64,000 bases of DNA from Octopus vulgaris (lineage: Eukaryota). A program made the position numbers and the translations under genes. Of this stretch, positions 12,938 through 26,508 are shown piece by piece. The notes below the pieces were generated by a model. It had not been told where the DNA came from. It saw nothing but the letters and a program-made list of their open reading frames with translations, and searched no databases. Every line of letters starts with the position of its first letter. The first letter of the stretch is position 1. The stretch is taken from assembly GCA_951406725.2 (NCBI GenBank), contig OX597836.1, forward strand, positions 24,490,001-24,554,000. The letters run 5' to 3'.

Positions 12938-13356
12938 GGCGCAGGAGTGGCTGTGTGGTAAGTAGCTTGCCTACCAACCACATGGTTCTGGGTTCAGTCC
13001 TACTGCGTGGCATCTTGGGCAAGTGTCTTCTGCTAGAGCCCCGGGCCGACCAATGCCTTGTGAGTGGATTTGGTAGACGGAAACTGAAAGAAGCCTGTCG
13101 TATGTATGTATGTATGTATATATATATGTATGTGTATGTATATGTTTGTGTGTCTGTGTTTGTCCCTCTAGCATTGCTTGACAACCGATGCTAGTGTGTT
13201 TACGTCCCCGTCACTTAGCGGTTCAGCAAAAGAGACCGATAGAATAAGTACTGGGCTTACAAAGAATAAGTCCCAGGGTCGATTACTCGACTAAAGGCGG
13301 TGCTCCAGCATGGCCGCAGTCAAATGACTGAAACAAGTTAAAGAGTTAAAGAGAGT
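12938..13356 (+). mobile_element. SINE family A, full length
   Basis: Runs from ggcgcaggagtggctgtgtggtaag through the tail. Very similar to the copies at 19742 and 27537. Confidence 0.92.
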
Positions 13357-13605
13357 ATATATATATACATACATATGTGTGTGTGTTTGAACCTTTTAAA
13401 TTTGTTTATTTCAGACTTTTGAATATGCAAATAAAGCTTCTTTTTCGTTATGCCGGCCACAGTCTAATGATGCTGACGAGAGACCCAGTTTCGAGATGTT
13501 GCATCGTGTTGTACCGATATAATGTAGGATAAATGTTATGATAATAATAACAATAATCTTAGGATGGAATTTATAAACATTTTAATGCTTGTATGTGTAT
13601 ATATA

Positions 13606-14898
13606 CACGAGGGAGTACCCAAAAGTAACTGGAAACGTTCTCTGTGGGACCAACCCCGCTGTAGTCCAGGCTTCCGCCGTTAGAAGCCACTTGATGCGAC
13701 CCTCAGGCATCAGTTTGTCGACCAGCGTCATCGGGTGAAGTCGTACTACCTATTTCTTTATTACCCACAAGGGGCTAAACACAGAGGGGACAAACAAGAA
13801 CAGACATAGGTATTAAGTCGATTACATCGACCCCAGTGCGTAACTGGTACTTAATTTATCGACCCCGAAAGGATGAAAGGCAAAGTCGACATCGGCGGAA
13901 TTTGAACTCACAACGTAACGCAGACGAAATACCTATTTCTTTACTACCCACAAGGGGCTAAACACAGAGAGGACAAACAAGAACAGACAAACGGATTAAG
14001 TCGATTACATCGACCCCAGTGCGTAACTGGTACTTATTTAATCGACCCCGAAAGGATGAAAGGCAAAGTCGACCTCGGCGGAATTTGAACTCACAACGTA
14101 ACGCAGACGAAATACCGCTAAGCATTTCGCCCGGCGTGCTAACGTTTCTGCCAGCTCGCCGCCTTTCGTACTACCACGTGGTGCGTCCTTGATTTGCAGT
14201 GCTTCTCTCTTCTTTGTCGATTTTTGCGATGACTGAAACAGCGGCCGAAACAGTTGCCATGCTTCAAACAGTAAACAGGGGCACTTCCATGAGCATAAGA
14301 CAAGTTTGCGAGTGTTTTTTGTGCTTTAGGAATGGTCACTTGTCGCTTGACGACCAACCTCGTTCAAGGGTTCCGTCGACCTCCCAAACGAATAAAAACA
14401 TCATGAAAATTCATGAGCTGATCATGGCGGGGAGACAGTCACAGAACAATTGACGGATTTGTTGATATGACTGGTGTGTCTTGGAGCTCCTGCCAACGAA
14501 TTATGTGAGAGGAATAGCGAATGAAACAAGTTGCGGCAAAATTTGTGCCTCACTTGCTCACGGAAGATCAAAAGCAGTCACGACTGAATGCGTGTCGTGA
14601 ACTGAAACAACAGTTGGAAACTGATCGGGACCTGTTTTCCGAAGATCATCACTGGTGACGAAAGCTGGTGCTACGAAATTTTCAGATGCGGAAGAAGTGA
14701 AGAAAAAACGACGGAAGCGTTTAAAAGGCTTCACTTTACAAGAGTTCCAGCACTGCTTCGAACTGTGGAAAAAGCGTCTGGACTGATGCATGGCTTCAAA
14801 TGAAGAATACTTCGAAGGCGATAAAAGTGTAAACATGTAAAACTAAGAGAATAAAATAACATTGCAAAATTCCGGTTACTCTTGGGTATCCCCTCGTG
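13606..14898 (+). mobile_element. Mariner transposon, internally deleted and pseudogenised, interrupted by a SINE dimer
   Basis: 29-bp TIRs cacgagggagtacccaaaagtaactggaa / ttccggttactcttgggtatcccctcgtg, TA on the left. Transposase remnants DDQPRS..PSTS, AKFVPHLLTEDQK, IITGDESWCY, EYFEGD. Confidence 0.9.
13751..14165 (-). mobile_element. SINE family C head-to-tail dimer nested in the mariner
   Basis: One full head followed by two bodies/tails. 10-bp TSD tcgtactacc at 13741-13750 and 14166-14175. Confidence 0.9.
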
Positions 14899-15214
14899 TG
14901 TGTGTGTGTGTACACAAATGAACCAATTTCAAGACTTTATACCAGTTGAAATTGTTGTATTTCATCTGTGCAATTCTCAATAAATTCAAAGATGTAGAAA
15001 TGTCCCGTTTGCTTTCTCCTGCTACAAAAATGTTGGAATTTAGTTGAAAGGAGGAAACCCTGTTTTTGTGGGCATAAAAACAACGAACGTTGAACAAAGA
15101 AATCAATATTGATTAATATTGGTTATGTCTTTGTTGATAGTGACTTCGACGTTTCGCATGGTAATGTGGTTAAGAAGTTTGCTTTGCAACTTCACGTTCT
15201 GTGTGTATGTGTTT

Positions 15215-15304
<90 letters not shown>

Positions 15305-15312
<8 letters not shown>

Positions 15313-15584
15313 GTGTGAGAGAGTATAACGAAATTCACAGCATATATATAAAATAATATTCTGTTGTGTCTGGGGAGAGTCATTCTCTTTTAGTACCTTA
15401 TTATTTAACACACTCAAAAGAGAATGACTCTCCCCAGACACAACAGAATATGCTTCAACACACGAACTCATATAAAGAATCTTGCAAACCAAATCCAAAA
15501 ACGAAATATAAAATAATACTTACGAGTAAAATTAAAGCGAGGAAATTTGATGTTCGCATCGTGATCGACTTTAGTTATAAATTC
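15305..15584 (+). repeat. ~280-bp dispersed repeat with an internal perfect 36-bp hairpin (copy 1)
   Basis: Near-identical reverse complement at 30841-31120. Arms 15356-15391 and 15416-15451. Confidence 0.9.
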
Positions 15585-15588
15585 TGTC

Positions 15589-15670
<82 letters not shown>

Positions 15671-16925
15671 GTGTGTGTGTGAAGGAAATACACAACTGTG
15701 TAGAACAATCCAGGAAGAAAAGTAATACAAACAAAGTAGATCAATATAATAAAATTGATTCCAAACTGAAACTTGAAACATTGTTATTCTAATTTTTCCC
15801 GTCTCGACGAAATTCTTGCAGCAAAAGAAATGAGTCGAGTGGTTTTATACTTCTGCTTGAAATAGAAGCTTTGAATAACTTTCATAAAAGAAAGCCTTTT
15901 GATTTTGGTTGTAGGCTATTTATATAAGTCAAATCTAGCTCTCAGATGCTGGACACTTTGGATTTCGATTTTGAGCAACAAAAGCATCGGAAGAGAGATG
16001 TAAATAAAATACAACTTTTGGTACTTTTGGACCATATATTAATATGGCACCATTTGTATGGTACGAGGGTGTTTGACGTTCAACCAATATGCATTCTACA
16101 ATATTTCAACATTTGCTTTGATTTCTGACAGCAAAATGAAATTAACTATAAACGGATGTTTTTGATAGAATTCTTACTAAACAAATTATTCATCTTCTCT
16201 GAGCTGTGAACTCTCACAGTCATCTTTACACTTTATTGTTATAAGGTTTGGCATCTAATAATTTGATAATTTCTGGTATTGCTAGTTCTTCAAGCTCAGA
16301 TGTTCAAAGATTTTTTCAATATTAACAACGGATGAAAGTAAGAAAGTCACTATAATAACATTAGAAATACTTATAAAACTAATTAATTGTATTACAGTCA
16401 ATTGTATGGATTTATATGCTGAGAGAAAAGCTACCCAATTAGAATTCGATAACTGGATTGAATGTCCAACTTTACGAAGGCCTTATATTACATTTATATT
16501 TAAGGACCGACTCTTATTATAAATGATCACTCTTGCAGATAAAATAATCCCATCGAAAGTGAGTTAGCTTCTATTATTCTCAGAATTGCTGATCAACCTA
16601 TTTATTTAGCATTTTATCAAATAAATTTGCTTTCCGTTATCCTTTATATTAAGAAAATAGACTGAGTGTTACATGAAACACAAATTATCAAAAGTCGGAG
16701 AGATTCAGAAAATATCTGAACTATTCAAAGACATACACCAAATAATTACTGCTCTATACTTAAATATAGCTGCTTTTCTTAAATTGTGTTACATTTATAA
16801 ACAAAGAAATAATCACCATTTAGGAAACTGAACGGAAACCTACAGTATTAAATATCGCTTTAGACCACTCATATATTGCTATAAGTAACTTAGTAAAAAA
16901 TATTATTATCCAGCACTTCATCTTA

Positions 16926-17280
<355 letters not shown>

Positions 17281-17281
<1 letters not shown>

Positions 17282-18238
17282 TAGCAGCATAGCCCGGCAT
17301 TGCCCGGGTATGTAAGAGCCCCTAGTAGGCAAGGTCTAATCCCATTCTAGTCCTTTTCCTCTAGGGAAGGAAGGCGCATGTGTAGGTTGCAATATCTTCT
17401 CTTCACTCGAATACTTCTGTGTATACGATGTTCCTAGCTGTCCCTTTGGACGAAAACATGAAAATATCATTGCGCCTCCCAACGCGTGAACAGCCCACAT
17501 AGAGTTGACCGTGGGCAAAGCACTGTTCGCCCAACTGTAACTCAGCGACTTGTAGCGTTTGGCCTTGGGATTTATTGATGGACATTGCGAAGTAGAGTTT
17601 AACAGGAAACTGAGAACGCCTGAAGTGGATTGGTAGGTCAGCGCCCGACGGTTGAAGGTGCATGCGTGGAATGAAGACGTACTCTCCCTTCCCACAACCG
17701 GTAAGTATTGTGGCCGTTATTAAATGTGGTGGCAAATGTTTCACAACCAGACGTGTGCCGTTGTATTGTTTAGGTGGAACCAAATTCCTTATGAGCATAA
17801 TGGGCGCACCGACTTTTAACTTCAGGGTGTGTGGCGGCAGGCCTGGTGGTTCAAGTGAATTCAGGAATTCAACAGGATAATCGGCAAGCTCGGCGGGGTC
17901 TGCTGTCCTATCAATAGATTTGTAGACATGGACATCACCAGGAATAGCTTCAAGTAGCTGGATATTGATGGAGTTGAGAGTTAAAAAGCTCGAGTTGCGT
18001 CCCCTAGACAGTCTGTGGTTTGTGTTTCTGATTCTCGACCCCATGTCGAATTTATCAATTTTCTTCAGAACTGGGGGAATTTTTCAAAATTTTTGCCGCA
18101 TTAGTTTTGAATTATGACATTTGGCTATGTGTGTGTCAAGTTTCATCAGAATCGGTTGAAAGCCTTGGTCAGGGTGAGGGTACAACCTGACAGACACACA
18201 GACACACAGACAGACAAACTGCCGTTTATATAGAGAGA
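17281..18238 (-). mobile_element. Helitron deletion derivative carrying the C-terminal PIF1-like helicase region
   Basis: ORF 18044-17403: YPVEFLNSLEPPGLPPHTLKLKVGAPIMLIRNL...NGTRL...RSQFPVKLYFAMSINKSQGQTL...FAHGQLYVGCSRV...NIVYTEV. 5' TC, 3' hairpin + CTAG, A/T target. Confidence 0.93.
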
Positions 18239-18704
18239 TATATATCTTCAAAACAGCAGTTCCTTATTCTAATGAAACACGATGTTAAGAATAAGATTAC
18301 AATACTATTCTTTGGCGGGAAAACAGAAAACTTAAACTTAACTGGTTTACCACTCCGATCATAACAGTGTGACGAGAAGTTAGTTATTTCGAATTAATGA
18401 AAATTAATCTTAAGTATAAGAAAGCTCACTCTGTTTAACTCGGCCAAACATTAAATGGAGATGAGGAGTGAATCTGATCTTTGATAGCCGCAAGCAAGAC
18501 TCGGTCTCATTAGAACTCTTAAGCGAGGTTAAGTGAACACAAAGAGTATGTAGCTTTCTTGTAATGGGTCCGTGTTTAACTGATCTGGTTAAACAACTCC
18601 ATGTGGTTAAATTTGGAGGCCGAATCTACTCAAAATAGTATCTATTTATCTTACTTCACATGTATATGTATGTGTGTATATATATGTATACATACATACA
18701 TACA

Positions 18705-18760
<56 letters not shown>

Positions 18761-18861
18761 TAAAAAAGGGAGTTAACGCAGGTTTAAACAAGTATTTTTG
18801 CCCTGGTAATTATTCATTTATTTATCCGTGTTAATTGTTAACAAGGTAAAATACACTCATC

Positions 18862-18925
<64 letters not shown>

Positions 18926-19741
18926 TATATTAAATTAGAGACAAAACCACTATTAGGCAAATCTAAATCTGATTTTTCCCTGTAAGTTTGGATTTATTCC
19001 CTAATATTTATTATATATATACCCACCCACACTCACCTGTGGGTGAGTGTATATGTGTGTGTGTTTGTATGTATGTATGTATGCATGTATGTATGTATGT
19101 ATGTATGTATGTATGTATGTATGTATGTATGTATGTATGTATGTATGTATGCATGTATGTATGTATGTATGTACGTACGTACCTACGTATGTATGTATAT
19201 GAACATCACAGCAATAGCCAAGTACTCGAAGTTTTTGAAAACGTCAGTTGCAATTTGCGATATTCGATAAAAACTTAGAGAAATGCCAGCTTTATTCCAC
19301 CAGTAGCAGTAGAAGATGCTAAATGTGTCAGGTCGAAAAGAGACTGATTGTAAAGAAGCTTACACCCTGACTACATTAGAGATTTTTACACCTTGCTCCC
19401 ATGAAAGTCAGTACAACCTTCGACACTGCTCTAAACCATTGTAGGAGAATCCGCGCTATTTCTCTATCTATTCTGATTGCTTCTTGCAGTTTGCATTCCT
19501 TCACTTCTCATTCTTTTTGCGTCAGTCGGTCAATGAAATTGCCTCCTCCTCATTACAAGGAGCAAAATATGAGACTCAAAAGCCTCCTCCCTCAGTCGCA
19601 ACTGTCAACGACAAAAATATTCATCCACAACAGCTGCCATTAAACTACCCCTCATATCCGCATAAATCCATCTACTTTATGAGAATGCAGATCAAATGGA
19701 GGCCAAAGGGAGAAAAACAGACCTCTTCAGGAAAAAGCCCC

Positions 19742-20132
19742 TCTTTACTCTTTACTTGTTTCAGTCATTTGACTGCGGCCATGCTGGAGCACCGCCTTTA
19801 GTCGAGCAAATCGACCCCGGGACTTATTCTTTGTAAGCCCAGTACTTATTCTATCGGTCTCTTTGCCGAACCGCTAAGTGACGGAGACGTAAACACACCA
19901 GCATCGGTTGTCAAGCAATGCTAGGGGGACAAACACAGACACACAAACTTATATACATATATATACATATATACGACAGGCTTCTTTCAGTTTCCGTCTA
20001 CCAAATCCACTCACAAGGCATTGGTCGGCCCGGGGCTATAGCAGAAGACACCTGCCCAAGATGCCACGCAGTGGGACTGAACCCGGAACCATGTGGTTGG
20101 TTAGCAAGCTACTTACCACACAGCCACTCCTG
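19742..20132 (-). mobile_element. SINE family A, near full length
   Basis: Reverse complement of the 12938-13356 copy. Confidence 0.92.
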
Positions 20133-20316
20133 AGTAAAAAAAATAAAGTAATAATAAACAAACATGAAATGTGAGGTGACGTACATCTGCAAAGAAGTAG
20201 CTGATGTGCTTAGGAAGAATTTCTATCTTATGAAGGGGATTCACTGCGAGTGAAACCAGTCCTTGCCCTCAACAAAATGAAATCCACAGCCATTCGCACA
20301 AAAAAATACAAAGTTC

Positions 20317-20941
20317 GGATCTTTTCCTTTTGAACGGCAGATGTCAACACAATTTATAGTTAAACTAAACACTTTTAAACTTCGTATACTGGTAGAATGT
20401 GTTTATAAAACATCCTTTTCTCTTGGTTTTATTGAGAAAATTCTATAGCTTGTAAGATATTTCGTCTGAAAATCCGAGCATTTCGGCAATTTTAACCAAT
20501 CGATTACCTCCGTTCAACTAAAATCATTTGCTGCGTCTAAAACTGAGACAACATCCTGTAACTAACCTTAAACCTCCCCCCTAACCCTAACTCTAACCCT
20601 AATTTTTTTTTCTTAATTGTTAAATTAATTTAATTTCATTCCTTTAGTTTTTTTTTTACACGCGTAACAATTAAGAAAAAAAGATTAGGGTTAGGGAGGA
20701 GGTTTAGAGTTAGTTACAGGATGTTGTCTCAGTTTTAGACGCAGCAAATGATTTTAGCTCAAAAGAGAGCATAGGATTGGTTAAAATTCGAAAAATTAAA
20801 CTACGTTAAACAAACAAATTACAATTTTATCAAGGAAGCCAAGAGAAAAAAATGTTTTATTTTGACACATTCTACCAGTATACGAAGTTCTAAAGTGTTT
20901 AGTTAACTAGAAATTGTCTGCCGTTCAAAAGGAGAAGATCC
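20317..20941. mobile_element. Foldback MITE with ~300-bp TIRs, GG..CC termini and an 8-bp TSD (Merlin-like)
   Basis: ggatcttttccttttgaacggcag ... ctgccgttcaaaaggagaagatcc. TSD caaagttc at 20309-20316 and 20942-20949. Superfamily is inferred from the termini and TSD only. Confidence 0.85.
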
Positions 20942-21380
20942 CAAAGTTCTGATCAGGGTTTTATACAATATACTTTCAAATTAACATAACAAAGCACAAA
21001 CCGAGAAGGAGATGGAATAATATTTCAAACAGTATTAAAAGAAATAAAAGACAATAATAATTCAAATATAGATTTTTACGAAATGTTGTATTTCAACAAG
21101 CCAGGAGACCTTGTCCCTTATTTGCTCTTTGTAACACAAGATCTGCTCAAGGAAAATTTCACAATCAGTAGTTATGAAGTTTAGGATAAAAATAAACCGG
21201 AAGCTAAACCAGGAACCTGAAAATAAACCGGAAGCTAAACCAGGAACCTGGGGCATCCTAATCAATATAAATGGACAGTGTAATTTTTATGTAAATATCT
21301 CGTTTTAATTATTGTGCTTTATCCTGCTATTCTATTTGTTCCCGTGTGGAAATTCGTGTTTATCAAGTTTTAATTCATCC

Positions 21381-21501
<121 letters not shown>

Positions 21502-21921
21502 ATACCATCTGTCAGTTCAACTCTCCCTCATCTTTCTATCTTCTTTTCACTTCTTTGTAATCTGTTGTTCAACGTTTCTTTGTATTTTTCTGTACATCTC
21601 TGAGCTCTGCTAGCAAAGAAATTATTATAATCATTGTTGTTTTTGTTGTTGTTGTTGTTGTTGTTGTTAAGACGGCGGTCTGTCAGAATCGTTAGAACGC
21701 CATGCAAAATGCTTAGCGACATTTCATCCATTTGCACGTTCTCTGAGTTCAAATTCCACTGAGGTCGACTTTGCCTTTAATCCCTTCGGGGTGTCGATAA
21801 AACAAGGACCAGTTGAGCACTGGGATCGATGTAAACGATTTGCCCCCTCCCCTCCACCGTGCCCCAACATTGCTGGCTTTGCACCAAAGTTGAAACAGAA
21901 AAATTTTTTAATTAAAAGTAA

Positions 21922-22196
<275 letters not shown>

Positions 22197-22259
22197 CAGG
22201 GCAATCGACTGTGATTATCGAAGACGCTCGACCTTTATTCTCTCGAAAAACGACGACGC

Positions 22260-22626
22260 CGTGGTGCTCTCATTCTCGCTCACAACATCATAAGCGGAAA
22301 GTGTAACCTCTCGAAAGAGCTGTTCTTCACTCCTGCTCCAGAGCGTCGGCTGCGGGGTCACTCCGAAAAAAGCTCTATCTGCGACGATTTCATCTCAATC
22401 GAAGGAGAGGAGCTTTCTCCGTCCGGGTTGCGGATCCGTGGAATAAGCTGCCGGACGAGATAGTGAAGATGCCGACGACCGCTCGGTTCAAAGTCTCTCT
22501 TGACCAGAAATGGCCCGAACTCTTTGCATGAACACCTTCCCTGTGCATAACTCCATGTCTCCCTACATGGCCTTGCTTTTTGCTTTTTGAGCCAAAAAAT
22601 TAACTTAACTTAACTTAACTTAACTT
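22260..22626 (+). mobile_element. CR1-group LINE 3' end
   Basis: RLRGHSEKLYLRRFHLNRRRGAFSVRVADPWNKLP...FKVSLD, 3' UTR and (TAACT)n tail. Second copy on the minus strand at 45315-45550. Confidence 0.85.
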
Positions 22627-23603
22627 CATTTCAGCATAATCTATCGGGCAGTACATTATTCAAATGTGTTCTTCCCTTTGTTTATATGGTAGATGTGATT
22701 TGATAAAAAAGATTTGGGCAGCTATTTCTAGCCGACCCAATGACCCACGTAGAGGCTCCTCGGTTGTTCTTCATGCAGAAAGAAGGGAGGGGGCAAAACA
22801 CGGTTTTCAAGTGAAAACGTTTAGAAATAGCCAAGAAGCTTTGATCAAAGAACACACAGACCAATATTGTCCATCTGAAAGACATTACTGGCTTAATTGG
22901 AATCAGTGAGGCTGTAATAAGTCATTTACTGCTCCGGGATTCTGTTACCAAACTGGTAGCAACTTCTTTGAGGCTTCTTTAGTCACTTCTTCTTCATTGT
23001 ACTTAGCATCTTTTTAAAATACCATCACCACCACCACCACCACCACCACCACCACCACCACCACTACCACCACTACTATCATCATCATCATCATAATCAT
23101 CATCATAATCATCATCATCATCATCATAATCATCATCATCATCATCGTCATCATCATCATCATATCATCATCATCATCGTCATCATCATCATCATCATCA
23201 TCATCATCAACAACAACAACAACTACTACTACTACATCATCAGCCTTTCCTTTCTCGTCTTCCTCGTCCTCCGTCTGCCTCAAATCATCATCATCATCAT
23301 CACCATCATCGTCGTCGTCGTCGTCTTCGTCAAAACCGCTGTAAGCAACAGCAACATCGGCAGTAAATTAGACGAATTTTTCATTAAACTAGTTTGCTGT
23401 GTTTCAGTACTCGCAGACAGAGCTTTTGTGCAGCTGTGGGACCACGTGTGAACCCGATATCCTTAATGTCAGCTGAGCTCACAACAGATGTGTTACTACG
23501 ACGGTCCTGGAGTAACGCGGCGGCCTCGGTATGTACCGGGATCGTAATAGTACGGTTGTAACACTTGCCAAAGCCACAATATGTGTTAAATCTACGGCTA
23601 TAA

Positions 23604-23746
23604 TAGGTCGACTTCGCCTTTCATCCTTTCGGGGTCGATAAATTAAGTACCAGTTACGCACTGGAGTCGATGTAGTCGACTTAATCCCTTTGTCTGTCCT
23701 TGTTTGTCCCCTCTGTGTTTAGCCCCTTGTGGGTAGTAAAGAAATA
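23604..23746 (+). mobile_element. SINE family C, 3' half
   Basis: gtcgacttcgcctttcatcctttcggggtcgataaattaagtaccag...gtaaagaaata. Confidence 0.85.
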
Positions 23747-24321
23747 TATAATATGTGTTAGGGGCGCATAAATTTTGCGTTGCAAAAACCCTTTATTTCT
23801 GCTTCGAGATCCAGTTCCAAAAAAAGGATCATTTCGCATTCTCTTGAAAGTTTACAAATTCTTATGGGGTCCACAACACACAATTGTTGCTGGTCAAACT
23901 AAAGTTTCTCAAACAGACAAAGAAAGTCGAAGGATTGCTTTGGTCGAATGGTTGATCGCCTTTCATGTCTACAGCAAATGTGAGTTCCAGTCCCACGAGC
24001 AGCCTTCCATGTCTTCTATCCAAACGGGTTTTTCAACCCAATATTAACGTGCTATTATTTGTAGCTTTATGTGATGTGCTTCGAGATCCAGCTCTAAGAA
24101 CGAATTATTTCACGTTCTCTCGGAAATTTATACACGTTCTCTCGAAAGGTTATATAATCGGATTGTTACCTAACACTCCCTTGTATTCCTTGCACGAAAC
24201 TGATTCCTAAGATAAGCCCTGATGGAAATATAATGCTGTACATTTCGGATAATACACCCACTCTATTGATAGATATACGAGCGCATCTTTACCCTGACTT
24301 ATGGACTCTTAGACGACCCAC

Positions 24322-24408
<87 letters not shown>

Positions 24409-24479
24409 GAGAGACAGACAGACAGACACTGTGTGTGTGTAGGGTAAGAATAAAAGGGTAAATATCCCTTTTTGTTATG

Positions 24480-24700
24480 AGTGACCATGGGCTTGCAACT
24501 AGAAAGTTCCCACACTACTGATGCTATGCAAGGGAAAGGCAAAGGCCAATACAGCTTGGCACCAGTGGCGTCACAACTCATTTCCACAGCTGAGTGAACT
24601 GGAGCAACGTGGAATAAAGTGTCTTGCTCAAGAACACAACACGCAGCCCGGTCCGGGAATCGAACTCACAACCTTACGATCGTAAGCTCGACGCTCTAAC

Positions 24701-24703
<3 letters not shown>
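24480..24703 (-). mobile_element. tRNA-derived SINE 5' portion (further family)
   Basis: Minus strand gtggttagagcgtcgagcttacgatcgtaaggttgtgagttcgattcccgg then CORE-like gtgttcttgagcaagacacttt. Confidence 0.75.
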
Positions 24704-24741
<38 letters not shown>

Positions 24742-25091
24742 GTATATGTATATACGACAAGCTTCTTGCAGTTTCCATATACCAAATCGACCGACAAGGT
24801 TTTGGTTGGCTCGAGGTTATAGTAGAAGACACTTGCCCAAGGTGCAACGCTGTGGGACTGAAATATATTATCCGGTCAAAACCAAATAACACCGGGCACA
24901 GACAACACGCCTAAGAGAACTCAGTATATCTAGCGGGACCTGCCTTTCTTTATGCATGTACCAAATGTGACACAAACTGCACAGATGGATGCAACACAGT
25001 TAGATGCACAATGCCCTACCCACGACATACAGTTTCAGAAAGGAACGTCGCACTAAATAAAGAAACGGTTGCAAGACTTCAAATTCATCAT

Positions 25092-25322
25092 ACCTATTTC
25101 TTTATTACCCACAAGGGGCTAAAGACAGAGGGGACAAACAAGGACAGACAAACGGATTAAGTTGATTACATCGACCCCAGTGCGTAACTGGTACTTAATT
25201 TATCGACCCCGAAAGGATGAAAGGCAAAGTCGACCTCGGCGGAATTTGAACTCAGAACGTAACGACAGACGAAATACGGCTACGCATTTCGCCCGGCGTG
25301 CTAACGTTTCTGCCGGCTCGCC
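25092..25322 (-). mobile_element. SINE family C, full length
   Basis: Near identical to the copies at 13931-14165 and 34272-34495. Confidence 0.9.
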
Positions 25323-26276
25323 ATACCACAATTAAAATATTCTAAATGACTTGAAATACTCTTTGTGCCTTGGTTTTGATTTTTTCCTTTAATATAATAT
25401 AATATATATGTAGTTACCCGTCCTCACTGTGAGAAAATCACCGGATTGAAATAAAGGCTCTCTCCTCTTGCAAATACTATACAGTTTTTAAGCGACACAC
25501 AGTCGACCTTGCATATATTATACATTATTAAACAGGATGTGTAGATATTAATATACACACTACATTCGGAAGCGTGTAGAATTCAATAAAACACGATATG
25601 TTCACTTAATGACTTTTATCTTTTTTAAATCAAGCCTTTCTCTTTGTGTTTGGTGGTTGGGCAGTGCTCCAGCATGACCGCAGCCGCATAGCTGAAACGA
25701 ATAAAGGAAAGCATACACCCGTACTTATACTTCCGTGAAGATAGACGAAAAAAAAATCAGATAGAAAGATTTGTGGTATAAGGGACATAATCTAAGAAAC
25801 AGAGTTATCGCCCTCTACACTGACACTTAAATTTGTATTTTTGGTTGCTCCCAAATCGTTCGAAAGTTGATCAAAATCCTTTCTGCTTTCGATCAGTTTT
25901 CTTACATTCTGAGTTCAAATCCCGCCGGCATCAACTTTGACTATTACTCCTCCGAGTTTAATGAAATAAATGACCATTTGAAGCACTTGAATCGATTTAT
26001 TTGATTAAACTCTTTCCTGGTGGTCGGTTAAATTTAGCGACATTTCGTCCGTCTTTCCGAAGTTGATTTTGCTTTTCATTCTTTCAGAGTGGATAAAATA
26101 AGTTCCTATTGAACAATGGGGTCGATGAAATCAATTTGCCCTCTCACTACGAAAATGCTGGCCTTGTACCAAAATTTGAAATCTATATTAGAAGTCAACA
26201 GAAGTTCGGCTCTATGAGAAGTTAAATTCAGAGATATTTGAAACTGGTATAATCACTCCTGGAATTACATTCCAGG

Positions 26277-26392
<116 letters not shown>

Positions 26393-26394
26393 CT

Positions 26395-26508
<114 letters not shown>

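Noticed and set aside
15700-16920. Non-repetitive AT-rich stretch that might be a decayed ORF
   Set aside because: The frame I translated has many stops, the ORF track shows only one 60-aa ORF here, and I recognised no motif. Left unassigned.
17403-18044. Host PIF1 helicase gene
   Set aside because: Intronless partial domain bounded by Helitron TC and hairpin-CTAG termini.
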